Shown one piece after another: positions 52,068 to 63,120 of a DNA stretch of 64,000 nucleotides. Numbering within the stretch: the first letter of the stretch is position 1; every line of letters starts with the position of its first letter. A program made the translations under genes and the position numbers. Below the pieces are notes generated by a model. It was not told the origin of the DNA, made no database searches, and was given only the letters and a program-made list of their open reading frames with translations. Source of the stretch: an uncultured Candidatus Saccharimonas sp. (lineage in GTDB: Bacteria; Patescibacteriota; Saccharimonadia; Saccharimonadales; OMJO01); the NCBI GenBank assembly GCA_943353165.1, contig CALRAM010000002.1, forward strand, positions 1,716 through 65,715. Reading direction: 5' to 3'.

Positions 52068-53945
52068 ATGTTGAATAAAATAAAATCTATAGGTAGCCGT
52101 CCGGATATCCTAGGTGCCATCGCATTTGTTCTGATATTTTCTTTTGTTGGCATATACCTTTTGTTTGGTGCCAAGGCTATGAGTCGGCCTATATTTATCA
52201 GTCCATCAAATAATGCTTCAACAAGAGGCGTCATAAAGATAAACCTATCTGTCATAAATGCAAAGCGTAATACTACCGGCAAGCTTTTAGTTGACGGGGT
52301 AAATACTGGAGGCTCTTTAGTGTATTCCAGTAAAGGTGTTTGGACATACAAATCTGCCGATGGAACTATAGGCTTTAACTCGGCATCATTGACGGTTGGG
52401 ACTCACAAATTAGTTGCAGTTATTAACAACACATACTCTCCTACACTTATCATCCAAAATACTGCCTATGTTGGGATTACACTGCCTGTAAATGGAGTTA
52501 CATATGGGCGTAATGTAGTATTTTCCGGAAACTTTAACACCCCAACCCCAACAGCTGCCATAAAATTATATGTAGACGGGGTTTTGCAACCTGGTAAAGT
52601 AGTGAGTTCATCATATGGCTGGGTCTATCAGGCAGTAGACGGAACATACGGAGTAAATGTGCCCACTATAGGTAAACATACGTTTTTGTTTCAGGTAGAT
52701 GACCTAAAGAGCACTCCTGTAACCGTAAATATCGCCGATACTGGCATAGTAAAGATAAACTCGCCCCTAGCGGGAGCAACAGTCAGCAGTCCTGTAAATA
52801 TATCCGCTCAGATAGACAACCCTGTAAACCCGTATCTTTTAGTAGATGGCAAGATAGCTACGGGAAAACTGGTGCCAACAGCTAACGGATGGCTCTATGA
52901 AGCCAGTGTCGGAGTATATGGGCTGACATTGGCCGCCGGATCGCATACACTACAGATAATTAACGGAACTCAAACCAGCACTGCTATAACAGTAAATGTG
53001 TCAACGGTTGCCTCGTTGTCCGCAAGTACTACATGGGCAGATCATATGGGCATATCTATGAGTTTGAGTAGGTCGAACGTAGATAAGGCCAAGGCTCTGG
53101 GTGTCAAATGGGTTAGAATTAGCTGGGAACAAAATTGGGGTACATTTGACACGACTAGTCTAGACTATGCGCACGGTCAGGGCCTAAAAGTATTGCAGTC
53201 ATGCCAAAAAGCTGGAAAGACATACACCGCCACCGACATAAGCTCTTTTGCTAGCTACTGCGCGTCTTGGGTGGACAAAGGCATAGATGCTCTAGAAATA
53301 GGTAACGAATGGAATCATGTGCCTTTTTGGAACCCAGATCCAAACGGTTCGTACACTTTGCAGGCCCAACTAATGGACGCAACAAGTTCAGCCATCAGGG
53401 CAAAATCTAGCACTATACCTATAATGAACTCCGGATGGTCGCCCGAAGCTACACCAGATACACCAACAGAAGCTATGTCTAGAACTTTAGACGCTTCAAA
53501 CGGCAACCTAAAGGCAAATGGAAACGCAATTGCTCATCATGGCTATGCGTACCACTGCAATTCGCCGCTGCTATGCTCCTATCCTAGCCAAACATGGAAT
53601 GCTTTCCTGTACACCCAGAATGTTTATGCGGCAGCTAAAACGCGTGGTTATGACCACCCAGTATGGCTGACCGAGATTGGGGGCCCATCTGGAAATGGCA
53701 CTAATCTATATACTGGACTGCCTTTTACGCTAGCATCTCAGCAGCAGCTATACAAAGATTACGTAACTGGCATTAAACAGATGCGAACCGCTGGCACCCC
53801 AATAAATATGGTGTTCTGGCACACAATACAGGACGGTCAGAGCGCAACTAATAGTGTAGAACTAACATTTGGACTATACGACACAGCAGGTGCCATAAAA
53901 CCAGCTGGACAGGTTGTAAAAGACCAAGCTTTATTGGCCTGGTAG
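52068..53945 (+). CDS. Secreted clan GH-A (GH5-like) glycoside hydrolase with tandem beta-sandwich repeats
   Basis: N-terminal signal anchor. Four units of about 90 aa share the G..Y.A.DGTYG pattern. The C-terminal TIM-barrel-like domain has LEIGNEWN (acid/base Glu) and WLTEIGG (nucleophile Glu). Confidence 0.55.
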   Translation: MLNKIKSIGSRPDILGAIAFVLIFSFVGIYLLFGAKAMSRPIFISPSNNASTRGVIKINLSVINAKRNTTGKLLVDGVNTGGSLVYSSKGVWTYKSADGTIGFNSASLTVGTHKLVAVINNTYSPTLIIQNTAYVGITLPVNGVTYGRNVVFSGNFNTPTPTAAIKLYVDGVLQPGKVVSSSYGWVYQAVDGTYGVNVPTIGKHTFLFQVDDLKSTPVTVNIADTGIVKINSPLAGATVSSPVNISAQIDNPVNPYLLVDGKIATGKLVPTANGWLYEASVGVYGLTLAAGSHTLQIINGTQTSTAITVNVSTVASLSASTTWADHMGISMSLSRSNVDKAKALGVKWVRISWEQNWGTFDTTSLDYAHGQGLKVLQSCQKAGKTYTATDISSFASYCASWVDKGIDALEIGNEWNHVPFWNPDPNGSYTLQAQLMDATSSAIRAKSSTIPIMNSGWSPEATPDTPTEAMSRTLDASNGNLKANGNAIAHHGYAYHCNSPLLCSYPSQTWNAFLYTQNVYAAAKTRGYDHPVWLTEIGGPSGNGTNLYTGLPFTLASQQQLYKDYVTGIKQMRTAGTPINMVFWHTIQDGQSATNSVELTFGLYDTAGAIKPAGQVVKDQALLAW

Positions 53946-54042
53946 AGGTGCGTGAAAATCTCCAAAAGGTTTAATCGTATCGTAGGGCTATGGCTAGCCT
54001 TGGAGTATAATAAAATTGTAGTTTTCTAAAAAAGGAGGGCGT

Positions 54043-54450
54043 ATGTTAAAAATATTTGGTAGCTTCTTGGTCGTTATAAGTACCTTGGTGATTATAGACG
54101 GGTTTTGGCTAGGATTAATAGCTCCAAACTTTTACAAGAAGCATATAGGACATTTAATGGCTACTAACCCTACATGGGCTGCTGCGGGTTTGTTTTATGT
54201 AGTTTTTATCGTTGGGCTTTTGTATTTTGTTGTCAGACCCCTAGGAGTGGACGCTAGCTTGCTCAAGATTTTTCTGAGTGGTGCTCTTTTTGGACTCGTA
54301 ACCTATGCTACCTATGATCTGACTAATCAAGCCACACTAAAAGATTGGCCTATAATTGTAACTATTGTAGATCTAGTTTGGGGAACTTTTCTGACAGCCA
54401 GTGTGTCGACTGTGTCTGTTGTCGTACTTCGTTTTCTCGGGTGGGTATAA
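54043..54450 (+). CDS. DUF2177-like small membrane protein
   Basis: 135 aa with 4 TM segments. The N-terminal IIDGFWLGLIAPNFYKKHIG pattern resembles DUF2177. Confidence 0.5.
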   Translation: MLKIFGSFLVVISTLVIIDGFWLGLIAPNFYKKHIGHLMATNPTWAAAGLFYVVFIVGLLYFVVRPLGVDASLLKIFLSGALFGLVTYATYDLTNQATLKDWPIIVTIVDLVWGTFLTASVSTVSVVVLRFLGWV

Positions 54451-55224
54451 GTGCTAGCAAAAAATCTTTTGGTTGCCGCCGTAGTTATTTTTCTTTATAT
54501 GACTATCGTGTCAATTGTAGCTCGTAGACTGCGGAGAAATGATTTGGCAGATGTTGCTTGGGGCCTAGGTTTTGTGGTAGTAACTTTATGCACCATGCTA
54601 TACCAAGGGCTGTTTGGCATAATTCAGCTGACCGTCGCCTTCATAATTACTCTGTGGGGGCTCAGGTTATCCAGTCATATATTTGGTAGCTGGAGTAAAA
54701 GAGCAGAAGAAGACTACAGATACCAATCCATGCGACAATCATGGAAATACTCGCCTACAATACAAGCTTATTTTCAGGTGTTTTTGCTGCAGGGTATTTT
54801 GTTATTTTTTGTGGCTATGCCTATTTTTGTTATTAATTCAACAACAGCTAGTTTTACGGGGCTAATATATTTCGGTTTGTTAGTTTGGATTATAGGATTT
54901 ACTCTGGAAGCTACCGCCGACAATCAGCTCCGCAAATTCTTAGCACAGCCAAAAAACAAAGGCAATATAATGGATAAAGGCCTCTGGAAGTATAGTCGGC
55001 ACCCTAATTATTTCGGGGAAGTTACTCAGTGGTGGGGTATTGGTTTTATAGCCGTAGCTCTACCTCTTGGCTGGCTAGGTTTGGTAGGTCCGATAACTAT
55101 AACATTTTTGATAACTAAAGTTTCCGGTGTGCCCCTGCTAGAAAAAAGATATGCCAAAAATTTGCAGTATCAAGCCTACGCCAAAAAAACCTCTGTACTC
55201 TTGCCTTTACCACCAAAAGCTTGA
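54451..55224 (+). CDS. DUF1295 / steroid 5-alpha-reductase-like membrane protein
   Basis: WKYSRHPNYFGEVTQWWG motif and multiple TM segments. The GTG start lies directly after the upstream stop. Confidence 0.65.
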   Translation: MLAKNLLVAAVVIFLYMTIVSIVARRLRRNDLADVAWGLGFVVVTLCTMLYQGLFGIIQLTVAFIITLWGLRLSSHIFGSWSKRAEEDYRYQSMRQSWKYSPTIQAYFQVFLLQGILLFFVAMPIFVINSTTASFTGLIYFGLLVWIIGFTLEATADNQLRKFLAQPKNKGNIMDKGLWKYSRHPNYFGEVTQWWGIGFIAVALPLGWLGLVGPITITFLITKVSGVPLLEKRYAKNLQYQAYAKKTSVLLPLPPKA

Positions 55225-55246
55225 GTGCTGTTATAATTAATTTCTG

Positions 55247-56701
55247 ATGAACTATTTTGTAACTACATCTATACCATACGTAAATGGTCCGCCACACTTG
55301 GGTCATGCTATGGAGTTTGTTATGGCCGACGTTTTGGCTAGGGCTGCTCGGGCAGATGGAACGCCTGTGCTATTTAGCACAGGAACCGACGAGCATGGTG
55401 GCAAAATAGCTCAAAAAGCAGCCGATAGCAAACAAACCCCGAAAGTTTTCGTTGATAATATGAGCAAAGAATTTCAGGACTTGGCAAAGCAGTTAAATAT
55501 CAGCAACGATAGGTTTGTCAGAACGACAGATAAAGCACACCAGCAAAGAGCCCAAATAATCTGGAAAAATCTAGAAAAAGACATATACAAAGGCAAGTAT
55601 GTAGGTTTGTACTGTACCGGTTGTGAGGCATTTGTCACAGATGTAGTCGCCAAAGAAAATAAAGATATATGCCCTCATCACAACAAACCGTACGAAAAGC
55701 TTCAAGAAGAAAACTATTTTTTCAAGCTGACCAAATATGCCCCTCAGATACAGCGGGCAATCGAAAGTGGGAGTTTTCAAGTCATACCAGCAACGAGAAA
55801 ACACGAGATAACAAACCTCATAAAAGACGGTCTAGAAGACATCAGTGTTTCTAGACCAACAGAAAAGGCTGGTTGGGGTATTGCTGTGCCGGGAGACACC
55901 TCGCAGGTAATGTATGTTTGGTTTGAAGCACTAATGAATTACATAACTGTTCTGGGCTATCCAGAACACGAAGATTTTAAAAAGTTTTGGCCTGCAAATG
56001 TTCAGGTTGTAGGTAAAGATATTAGTCGATTCCATGCTGCTATTTGGCCAGGAATGCTGTTGGCACTGGGGATACCACTACCAAAAATGGTCTATGTGCA
56101 CGGTTTTATAAACATAGACGGTCAAAAAATGAGCAAAAGTTTGGGAAATAGCGTAACCCCAAAAGAAATTATTAAAAAATACGGCACTGATGCTCTGAGA
56201 TATTATTTGTTGCGTCATATTCCAAGCTATGGAGACGGCGATTTTAGCTGGCAGCGTATGCACGATGCCTACAACAACGAACTGGCCAACGAGCTGGGTA
56301 ACGCTGTGCAGCGTACCGCAGCTATGATAATTCAGTTTCAGAAAGGAATAATTGGTAATATACCACCGGCTGAACACGACATAGCACAGTACCAATCAGC
56401 TCTGGAAGAATGTCGCTTTGACAGAGCACTAGACGAAGTATGGGAACAGGTAAGAGGGTTGAATCAATATATCGATGAACAAAAACCTTGGGAGATAAAT
56501 AAAAGGGGCGAAGCAGAACATCTGAGAGATGTTTTGGCTTATCAAACTAGCTGTTTGCTGGAAATAGCGGGACTTTTGCAGCCTTTTTTACCTGAAACGG
56601 CCACACAAATACGCTATGTTTTTGAGGAAGGAATTGTACGTCCCATAAAAGACACACTATTTCCGAAACATGACACCCATCCGGGCGCCACTAAACGATA
56701 G
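55247..56701 (+). CDS. metG: Methionyl-tRNA synthetase (short form)
   Basis: PPHLGHAMEF (HIGH-type), KMSKS and a CxxC..CPHH knuckle. 484 aa without the C-terminal dimerisation domain. Confidence 0.9.
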   Translation: MNYFVTTSIPYVNGPPHLGHAMEFVMADVLARAARADGTPVLFSTGTDEHGGKIAQKAADSKQTPKVFVDNMSKEFQDLAKQLNISNDRFVRTTDKAHQQRAQIIWKNLEKDIYKGKYVGLYCTGCEAFVTDVVAKENKDICPHHNKPYEKLQEENYFFKLTKYAPQIQRAIESGSFQVIPATRKHEITNLIKDGLEDISVSRPTEKAGWGIAVPGDTSQVMYVWFEALMNYITVLGYPEHEDFKKFWPANVQVVGKDISRFHAAIWPGMLLALGIPLPKMVYVHGFINIDGQKMSKSLGNSVTPKEIIKKYGTDALRYYLLRHIPSYGDGDFSWQRMHDAYNNELANELGNAVQRTAAMIIQFQKGIIGNIPPAEHDIAQYQSALEECRFDRALDEVWEQVRGLNQYIDEQKPWEINKRGEAEHLRDVLAYQTSCLLEIAGLLQPFLPETATQIRYVFEEGIVRPIKDTLFPKHDTHPGATKR

Positions 56702-57020
56702 AATTGTTTTGGTTCCTAACAGCTTGCAGGATCAGCCATTTAGTCAAAAATGGTAAGCGTGTTCGCCTGAGTGAATTCCACAATATCTTTATGCCAGCAG
56801 GTGACTCTACGTCATACCGTAAATAGGGAGTATTTATATTGCTTAAGTTACTGTACTCTAGGTTTCTCATTATTTTGGCCTCCACCACCCATTAATTAAT
56901 TAAATCTGCAGCACTTTTATAACCTCCTTTTAGTAATTGTATTAGGTACACTTACTCTCTCATAGTACTCTTAGCTATTTTCTTGTCAACACTATTCTTT
57001 GATATTCTTTTAGGGCTATT

Positions 57021-57698
57021 TTATTCGAAACTACGAGTTAAGTATTCTAGTTCGTGCTTGTTGAATTTGTATAGTCTGGCTGGACGGTGAGCGCCTTCCA
57101 TATGTTGTTCGTCGGTTGCATTTATAAGGTTAAAGCTAAGGATTTTTTTACGGAAATTCCGCTTGTCGAACTTATCTTCCATAACAGTTTCGTAAACAGT
57201 TTGTAGCTGAGAAAGGGTGAACATCTTTGGCAACAACGCAAATATAGCATTTGTGTAATAAAGTTTGGATTTTAATCTTTGGTGGGCGTATTCAATCATA
57301 TTATTGTGGTCAAAAGCCAGAGTTGGTATCTGGTCCAAGGGATAGAATTGAGCGTTTCGATTGTGTGACGTTGCTTTAGGTGTTATAGATTTGCCCAGAC
57401 CCATATAAACCACCGAGACGGCAGGTACCCCCGGGTCGTTCTTTATAGAATCAAATGTATATAGCTGTTCTAGAAAGCCTAGCTGTTTTATTTGTATACC
57501 TGTTTTGTTGTTTATTATTCTGCTTGCGGCTATTTGGGTGCTTTCATCTAGGGGAACTGGACCTCCAGGAAGCGCCCATCTTTCTTTGTATGGTTCGTCT
57601 TCCCTCTGGGTTAGTAGCACTGATAATTCTTCGTTAATTAACTGAAAAATAACTGTATTTACAAAAACGCCGGGAGTTAATATGTTATGTTTAGTCAC
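57021..57698 (-). CDS. NrtR-like protein (degenerate Nudix domain plus C-terminal winged helix)
   Basis: The Nudix-fold N-terminus has a degenerate box (LPGGPVPLDESTQIAASRIINNKTGI, lacking the REx2EE glutamates). The C-terminal wHTH-like tail (FDKRNFRKKILS...ARLYKF) is as seen in NrtR regulators. Confidence 0.5.
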   Translation of the reverse strand: MTKHNILTPGVFVNTVIFQLINEELSVLLTQREDEPYKERWALPGGPVPLDESTQIAASRIINNKTGIQIKQLGFLEQLYTFDSIKNDPGVPAVSVVYMGLGKSITPKATSHNRNAQFYPLDQIPTLAFDHNNMIEYAHQRLKSKLYYTNAIFALLPKMFTLSQLQTVYETVMEDKFDKRNFRKKILSFNLINATDEQHMEGAHRPARLYKFNKHELEYLTRSFE

Positions 57699-57765
57699 TA
57701 AACGTAAATTATACGCTAACTTATTATTTTGTAAAGGTGACGGAGCAAAGTGCTAATATAAGCAC

Positions 57766-58551
57766 ATGGATTTCCTAGACAGCCATTGCCATATTCACTC
57801 TGCTGATTACCAGTTAGATTTGATGCAGGTTATTGAAGATGCTACAAGCGTTGGAGTAAAACAACTATTATGCGTTGGCTGTGATTTGGCTGACAGCCAA
57901 CTAGCCATAGGGTTGGCGAATAAGCACGAAAATATCTGGGCAACGATAGGCATACACCCTCATGAGAGCGATAATTATGTGCACGATCATCATGCCTTAC
58001 AACAGTTCAGGGATTTGGCCAGTAGTCCAAAGGTAGTAGCCATCGGCGAAACAGGTCTGGATTATTACTACAATCATTCCACTGTCGAAAACCAGAAAAA
58101 AATGCTGCGTTTTCAAATGGATTTAGCAAAACAGCATAGTTTGCCGATGGTTTTTCATATACGCGAGGCATTTGATGATTTTTGGCAAATTTTTGATGAA
58201 TACAGTGGCATACAGGGTGTTGTTCATAGTTTTACTGCCTACACAGACCAATTAGACCAAATCCTGTCCAGAGGCTTGTTTGTCGGTCTAAACGGTATAG
58301 TAACCTTTACAAAAGATCCTTTGCAGTTAAAAGCCATAAAATCAGTACCATTAGACAGGTTATTGCTAGAAACGGACTCTCCTTACTTGACCCCTGTACC
58401 TTATCGTGGTACAATCTGTCAGCCGAAACACTTGTTGGAGACAGCTAAATATTTAGCTGGTATTAGGGGCGAGACTTTAGAGCAACTCGCCACTGCAACC
58501 ACAAAAAACTCCAAAAAACTTTTTCTGGCAGACACTATAAAAAAATTATGA
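57766..58551 (+). CDS. tatD: TatD-family metal-dependent hydrolase/DNase
   Basis: DSHCHI, GETGLDYYY, VFHIREA, VVHSF and ETDSPYLTP motifs. Confidence 0.9.
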   Translation: MDFLDSHCHIHSADYQLDLMQVIEDATSVGVKQLLCVGCDLADSQLAIGLANKHENIWATIGIHPHESDNYVHDHHALQQFRDLASSPKVVAIGETGLDYYYNHSTVENQKKMLRFQMDLAKQHSLPMVFHIREAFDDFWQIFDEYSGIQGVVHSFTAYTDQLDQILSRGLFVGLNGIVTFTKDPLQLKAIKSVPLDRLLLETDSPYLTPVPYRGTICQPKHLLETAKYLAGIRGETLEQLATATTKNSKKLFLADTIKKL

Positions 58552-58877
58552 TCACTACAAACATTACAATAACACCAGAAAACCGTGCAGAGTTAAGCAA
58601 ATATCCTGTAGAACTAGTTGAAATGGCACGCCAACGCTTAGACAATATATCTAATAGTTGTATATTTTTGGAGCAAAACCCTGTCGTAAAAGCAGGGCTG
58701 TCTAATGAAATGCACGCCGAAGCGCTCAGAGCTGAGCAGTTAGCGGTAGAGAATAGCCCTACAGATGAATCAAATGGCCTCAAACAGTTTCATATGGGCG
58801 AATCCGCAGTCTCTGATTCGCATATGGACGATATTCGACAACAAATAAAGGAAATCTATGATCAAAAAACTAATTAG
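58548..58877 (+). CDS. Hypothetical protein
   Basis: 109-aa ORF overlapping the tatD stop by 4 nt. No family recognised. Confidence 0.45.
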   Translation: MITTNITITPENRAELSKYPVELVEMARQRLDNISNSCIFLEQNPVVKAGLSNEMHAEALRAEQLAVENSPTDESNGLKQFHMGESAVSDSHMDDIRQQIKEIYDQKTN

Positions 58878-58884
58878 GGGTGTA

Positions 58885-59229
58885 ATGCCACAAAATAGCG
58901 AACAGCGACGAGCAAACCTGTATCGCAATTTGATTCGCCGTGAAGCAAAAATAGGTGGTGAAATCTTTGGACCAGTAGCCAGAGGTGGACGCCGCGAGTT
59001 TTTTTGTCTAGATGAGCGAACTTGGATATGGCACGAAGAATGGAAGGACGAATCTGGTCAATCCCGTTCCAGGACTACTCGTTATGACATCAGACCAGAC
59101 GGCATCGTAAAAGCCCAAGACGGCTTTGCTTATCAGTGGGTGACTCCAAAAGAAGCCCTGCATCTATACCAAGCAGTCAGGAATTATCAGCAGCGCGTTG
59201 GCAATGAACTTTATAGTTTTGCCTACTAG
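58885..59229 (+). CDS. Hypothetical protein
   Basis: The ATG at 58885 follows an AGGGG SD and avoids overlap with the upstream gene (the track ORF starts at 58858). Arg/Trp-rich, 114 aa, no family recognised. Confidence 0.45.
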   Translation: MPQNSEQRRANLYRNLIRREAKIGGEIFGPVARGGRREFFCLDERTWIWHEEWKDESGQSRSRTTRYDIRPDGIVKAQDGFAYQWVTPKEALHLYQAVRNYQQRVGNELYSFAY

Positions 59230-59250
59230 ATAACATTTTTTTAGTCTATT

Positions 59251-60426
59251 ATGAAAAGCATATATTTAGATTTTGCCGCCGCTTCACCGATGGACAAAGA
59301 GGTATTTTTGGCTATGAAACCATATCTGGCTGATAATTTTTATAACCCCGCCTCGCAATATCTGGCTGCCAAAAGTGTCCGAAAAGATATAGAAAAAGCT
59401 AGATCAGGCATCGCTCATTGGTTGGGTATTCGACCAGGTGAGCTGGTATTTACAGCTGGTGGCACAGAAGCCAACAATCTGGCGGTAAATGGTGTTATGC
59501 AACGATTTCCAGGTGCAAATATTGTAGTAAGTTCCATAGAACACGACTCTGTATTAAAGTCGGCCAGCAGATACGATACGGTAATAGTGGATGTCGACAA
59601 TGACGGACTGGTATGTCTAGAGAAACTAAAAAAAGCCATAAACGACCAGACTGTTATGGTAAGTATTATGTATGCCAATAACGAGGTCGGTAGCGTACAA
59701 TCTATGAAAAAAATAGCTGAAATAATAAATTCGGTTTTGCAGTCACGCAAAAACATCAGCAATGACCTGCCGTTGTATTTTCATACTGACGCCTGCCAAG
59801 CGGCTGCATATTTGGATTTACACGCAAATACGCTGTGTGTTGATATGATGACCATAAACGCCGGCAAGATATATGGCCCAAAGCAATCAGGGGCACTATA
59901 TGTTAGAGCTGGACTAGCGATTTTGCCACAAGTTCTAGGTGGTGGGCAAGAGCTGGGTTTGCGTAGTGGCACAGAAAATGTGGCAAATATTGTTGGCTTT
60001 GCAAAGGCCTTGGATTTGGTCCAAACCCGAAGAATCAAAGAAGTAAAAAGAATGTCCAAACTTCAATCTACGTTCATAGAATTGCTGGAGCGAGCTATAC
60101 CAACAGTTACCATAAATGGTAGCAAAAAACATCGTTTGCCAAACAATGTTCACATCACCGTGCCCGGAACAGACAACGAACTACTAATGATGCAGCTCGA
60201 TGAAGCTGGCGTGCAGTGTGCAGTTGGGTCTGCTTGTAGTGCTAGCAACGATGAACCCAGTCATGTGTTAAAGGCTATCGGTCTGAGCGACGAAGCTGCC
60301 AGATCAAGCCTGCGATTTAGTATGGGTTTTCAAACAACAGAGCTAGAAGTCCGCAAAACAGTATTATTGCTAGAAAAAATCCTAAATAATTCGGGTTATT
60401 TTGGCGACAAAAGCCAGCCAAAGTAG
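59251..60426 (+). CDS. Cysteine desulfurase (class V aminotransferase, NifS/IscS-like)
   Basis: FTAGGTEANN, SSIEHDSV, HTDACQA, INAGKIYGPK (PLP Lys) and GSACSA (catalytic Cys). Confidence 0.85.
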   Translation: MKSIYLDFAAASPMDKEVFLAMKPYLADNFYNPASQYLAAKSVRKDIEKARSGIAHWLGIRPGELVFTAGGTEANNLAVNGVMQRFPGANIVVSSIEHDSVLKSASRYDTVIVDVDNDGLVCLEKLKKAINDQTVMVSIMYANNEVGSVQSMKKIAEIINSVLQSRKNISNDLPLYFHTDACQAAAYLDLHANTLCVDMMTINAGKIYGPKQSGALYVRAGLAILPQVLGGGQELGLRSGTENVANIVGFAKALDLVQTRRIKEVKRMSKLQSTFIELLERAIPTVTINGSKKHRLPNNVHITVPGTDNELLMMQLDEAGVQCAVGSACSASNDEPSHVLKAIGLSDEAARSSLRFSMGFQTTELEVRKTVLLLEKILNNSGYFGDKSQPK

Positions 60427-60528
60427 TTAATTTTAACAAAAACACCTACAAAAAGGTTTAATTTTAACGAGTTTTGGGGTATATTTAATGTAGTAAAATG
60501 TTTATGGCTAAGGGGTGGGTCTATCAAA

Positions 60529-61137
60529 ATGAATAGCGGACAATTATTTCTAATACTGGGCAGTCTAGCTGCCGCTACAGCCAGTTTTGTCTGGATGGCT
60601 CTACGTACTACCGTAACCCCTGTCAAAGAAGCTGATATCTTGCAAGATTCAGAGCACGATGTAGAGCATATCTTTAACAACGAATTCAGAGAATTGTTGC
60701 GAAATCGTGGCAGGTTACTCTTTGAAAAAATTATTAGCGAAAATGCTATGTTTCTGCAACAGGATTTGCGTCTAACTACTTCTCAGCTAAACGAGTACAT
60801 GAAAGACGAGATAACCAAAAAACTCCAAGAAGAATTTATTAAATATGAACAATCAATCGCTGATGCAAAGAATCTTGCAGTAGATTCCATCACTAAAACC
60901 CAAAAAATTATGGAGGAACAGCGTCAGCAAATGAGTCAGCAATTGACTGAAGAAATCACAAAAGAAAAAGCCCGATTAATGACAAATTTTGAAGAAAATA
61001 TGGCCGATATAGTCAATCATTATGTTCTGGCAGCAGTTGGTGATCAAATTGATTTGAACGATCAGCTAGAGTACATTTTGTCTGACCTAGAAACAAACAA
61101 ACAAGCAATAATCAAGGACATCACAGATGGCGCCTAA
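60529..61137 (+). CDS. atpF: Probable F-type ATP synthase subunit b (divergent)
   Basis: One N-terminal TM segment followed by a long charged coiled coil. Its position directly upstream of the delta-like gene, with overlap, supports the call. Sequence similarity alone is weak. Confidence 0.45.
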   Translation: MNSGQLFLILGSLAAATASFVWMALRTTVTPVKEADILQDSEHDVEHIFNNEFRELLRNRGRLLFEKIISENAMFLQQDLRLTTSQLNEYMKDEITKKLQEEFIKYEQSIADAKNLAVDSITKTQKIMEEQRQQMSQQLTEEITKEKARLMTNFEENMADIVNHYVLAAVGDQIDLNDQLEYILSDLETNKQAIIKDITDGA

Positions 61138-61618
61138 AGACAAAAAGATGGTTTTGCCTTTGAGCGTTATGGGCAAACAAGATGTAGGTAGATTGCTCCG
61201 AGAAGTAGAAACATTGAACGAGTTTCTTAGGCAGTCTGCTATCAGGCAGTCAGACAATACCGTCAAAATGCCGCGTACAAGTCGTTTTATGGACGAGATA
61301 GTACAGATAAATGAACTGAACCCTCTAGTGGAAGCAGACAGAAAATCACTAGTAGATTTTCTGTCAACAGTTAAGACCAAGGCCCCTGTTTTGCATATGA
61401 GCTTTAACGCCGATCCTTCCCCTTTGTTCACTCAGAAACTGATGACTTGGCTGAGAAAAGAGATACACCCGCAGGTTTTGTTGCAGACAGGGTTGCAGCC
61501 AAATATTGGCGCTGGATGTGTTGTTCGCACAGATAGCAAATATTTTGATTTTAGCATGCGCCATCATTTCACAGAGAAAAGATCTGTTTTAATTCAAAAG
61601 ATAAAGGGCGAAAAATGA
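61127..61618 (+). CDS. atpH: Probable F-type ATP synthase subunit delta (OSCP-like)
   Basis: 163 aa, located between the b-like and alpha genes with start/stop overlaps on both sides. C-terminal [17 protein letters not shown] resembles the delta C-terminal domain. Confidence 0.55.
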   Translation: MAPKDKKMVLPLSVMGKQDVGRLLREVETLNEFLRQSAIRQSDNTVKMPRTSRFMDEIVQINELNPLVEADRKSLVDFLSTVKTKAPVLHMSFNADPSPLFTQKLMTWLRKEIHPQVLLQTGLQPNIGAGCVVRTDSKYFDFSMRHHFTEKRSVLIQKIKGEK

Positions 61619-63120
61619 GCGCCGCTAGTGCCAAAAAAGTTACTGGTCAGCACTTTGACCGATTAATAAAAGCCGGTCAACCAGTAGGAGAGATAATTGC
61701 TGTAAATCGTTTTTTGCTGACACTTTCAGGACTGCAACCGTGCAACATTCATGCCCTAGTCATGTTTGAAGACGGCAGTAAGGGTTTCGTTCACCAGATA
61801 TTAAAGGATTCTGTAATAGTCTTGCACCTTGGAAACGAAATGCTCCAAATAGGTACATTGGCGGTAGTTCAGCATCAGGAGCTAGTAAGCAAGGTCGGCA
61901 AAGATTTTATAGGCAGAGTCGTATCAGTTACCGGCGAACCATTGGACGGCAAAGGTCCCATAGCCGCCAGCGCAGTTTGGCCAGTGTTTAATCCAGCGCC
62001 ACCATTACACGCCCGCAAATTATTAGATACCCAGCTAGAGAGTGGAGTCACCGTTATAGATTCATTGTTCCCAATAGTTCGTGGTCAGCGTTTAGCTGTT
62101 ATCGGGGATAGCAAGTCTGGCAAAAGCACAATGGTGACTCAGCTAACCATAAACCAAAAAAACACTGATCAAGTAGTTGTCTACGCTTTGATAGCCAAAA
62201 GACGCACAGATGTAGATTCGCTACTTTCGCAACTAGAATCTACCGGTTCTCTAAAAAAAGCTATCGTGGTGGTATCGACGATGTTCGAATCCTTGATTAT
62301 GAGTTATTTGGCGCCTTATGTAGCATGTGCAATGGCCGAATATTTGTGGCAGGAGTGCAACCAAGACACGATTATTATCTATGACGATTTGACTAGTCAT
62401 GCTCAGGCATACCGCGAAGTTGCCTTGCTGACTGGCGTTAGTCCAGGGCGTGATTCCTATCCAGGAGATATGTTTTATGCACATTCAAGTTTACTAGAAA
62501 GAGCTGGAAGACTAGACAAAAACGGAGCTCACTTGACTAGTATACCGTTGGTTTTGGCCGCCGGTGGCGACATAACAGCGTTTTTGCCGACCAACATCAT
62601 GTCTATAACTGACGGTCAGTGGATATTGGATATGGATATTTTCAGAAAAGGCTTGCGTCCGGCTGTCAGTATGGGGCTGTCTGTTACTCGTGTTGGAGGA
62701 GTAGGGCACAACAAAAGGCAAAAAGAATTAGCAGCCAGAGCCCTGAAAGTTCTAGCAGACTATCGGCAGGCCGAAGAGTTTTCTCATTTTGGTTCGGAGC
62801 TTGCTCCAGAAGCCAAAAAGGCTCTCGCTACCGGAAAGCATATATTTGAAATAATGAACCAAAACCCAACAGACACCTATTCTTTGATGGCTCAACAGCT
62901 TATGTTTGATATTGTGCTAAATCTAAGTGCGGGCCAAATTTTGGATGTCGGAAGCCTAAAACTAAACGCCAACAAATACGGCACAAAAGTAGAAAAAGAC
63001 GAACAATATGACAAAGTTCGTGCCGAAATACTTCAGAAATCGCTAATGGGTTCGTCGCCTAAACCTGCATCGCCTCCAGCTACACAGCAAACGCCAGTAG
63101 AGGAGAAGCCAAATGCATAA
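61615..63120 (+). CDS. atpA: F-type ATP synthase subunit alpha
   Basis: Walker [38 protein letters not shown] and ITDGQWILD motifs. Confidence 0.9.
   Translation: MSAASAKKVTGQHFDRLIKAGQPVGEIIAVNRFLLTLSGLQPCNIHALVMFEDGSKGFVHQILKDSVIVLHLGNEMLQIGTLAVVQHQELVSKVGKDFIGRVVSVTGEPLDGKGPIAASAVWPVFNPAPPLHARKLLDTQLESGVTVIDSLFPIVRGQRLAVIGDSKSGKSTMVTQLTINQKNTDQVVVYALIAKRRTDVDSLLSQLESTGSLKKAIVVVSTMFESLIMSYLAPYVACAMAEYLWQECNQDTIIIYDDLTSHAQAYREVALLTGVSPGRDSYPGDMFYAHSSLLERAGRLDKNGAHLTSIPLVLAAGGDITAFLPTNIMSITDGQWILDMDIFRKGLRPAVSMGLSVTRVGGVGHNKRQKELAARALKVLADYRQAEEFSHFGSELAPEAKKALATGKHIFEIMNQNPTDTYSLMAQQLMFDIVLNLSAGQILDVGSLKLNANKYGTKVEKDEQYDKVRAEILQKSLMGSSPKPASPPATQQTPVEEKPNA

Noticed and set aside
58548-59229. 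Two small overlapping ORFs as a toxin-antitoxin pair
   Set aside because: No recognisable toxin or antitoxin motifs are present. The overlap disappears if the second gene starts at the SD-preceded ATG at 58885.
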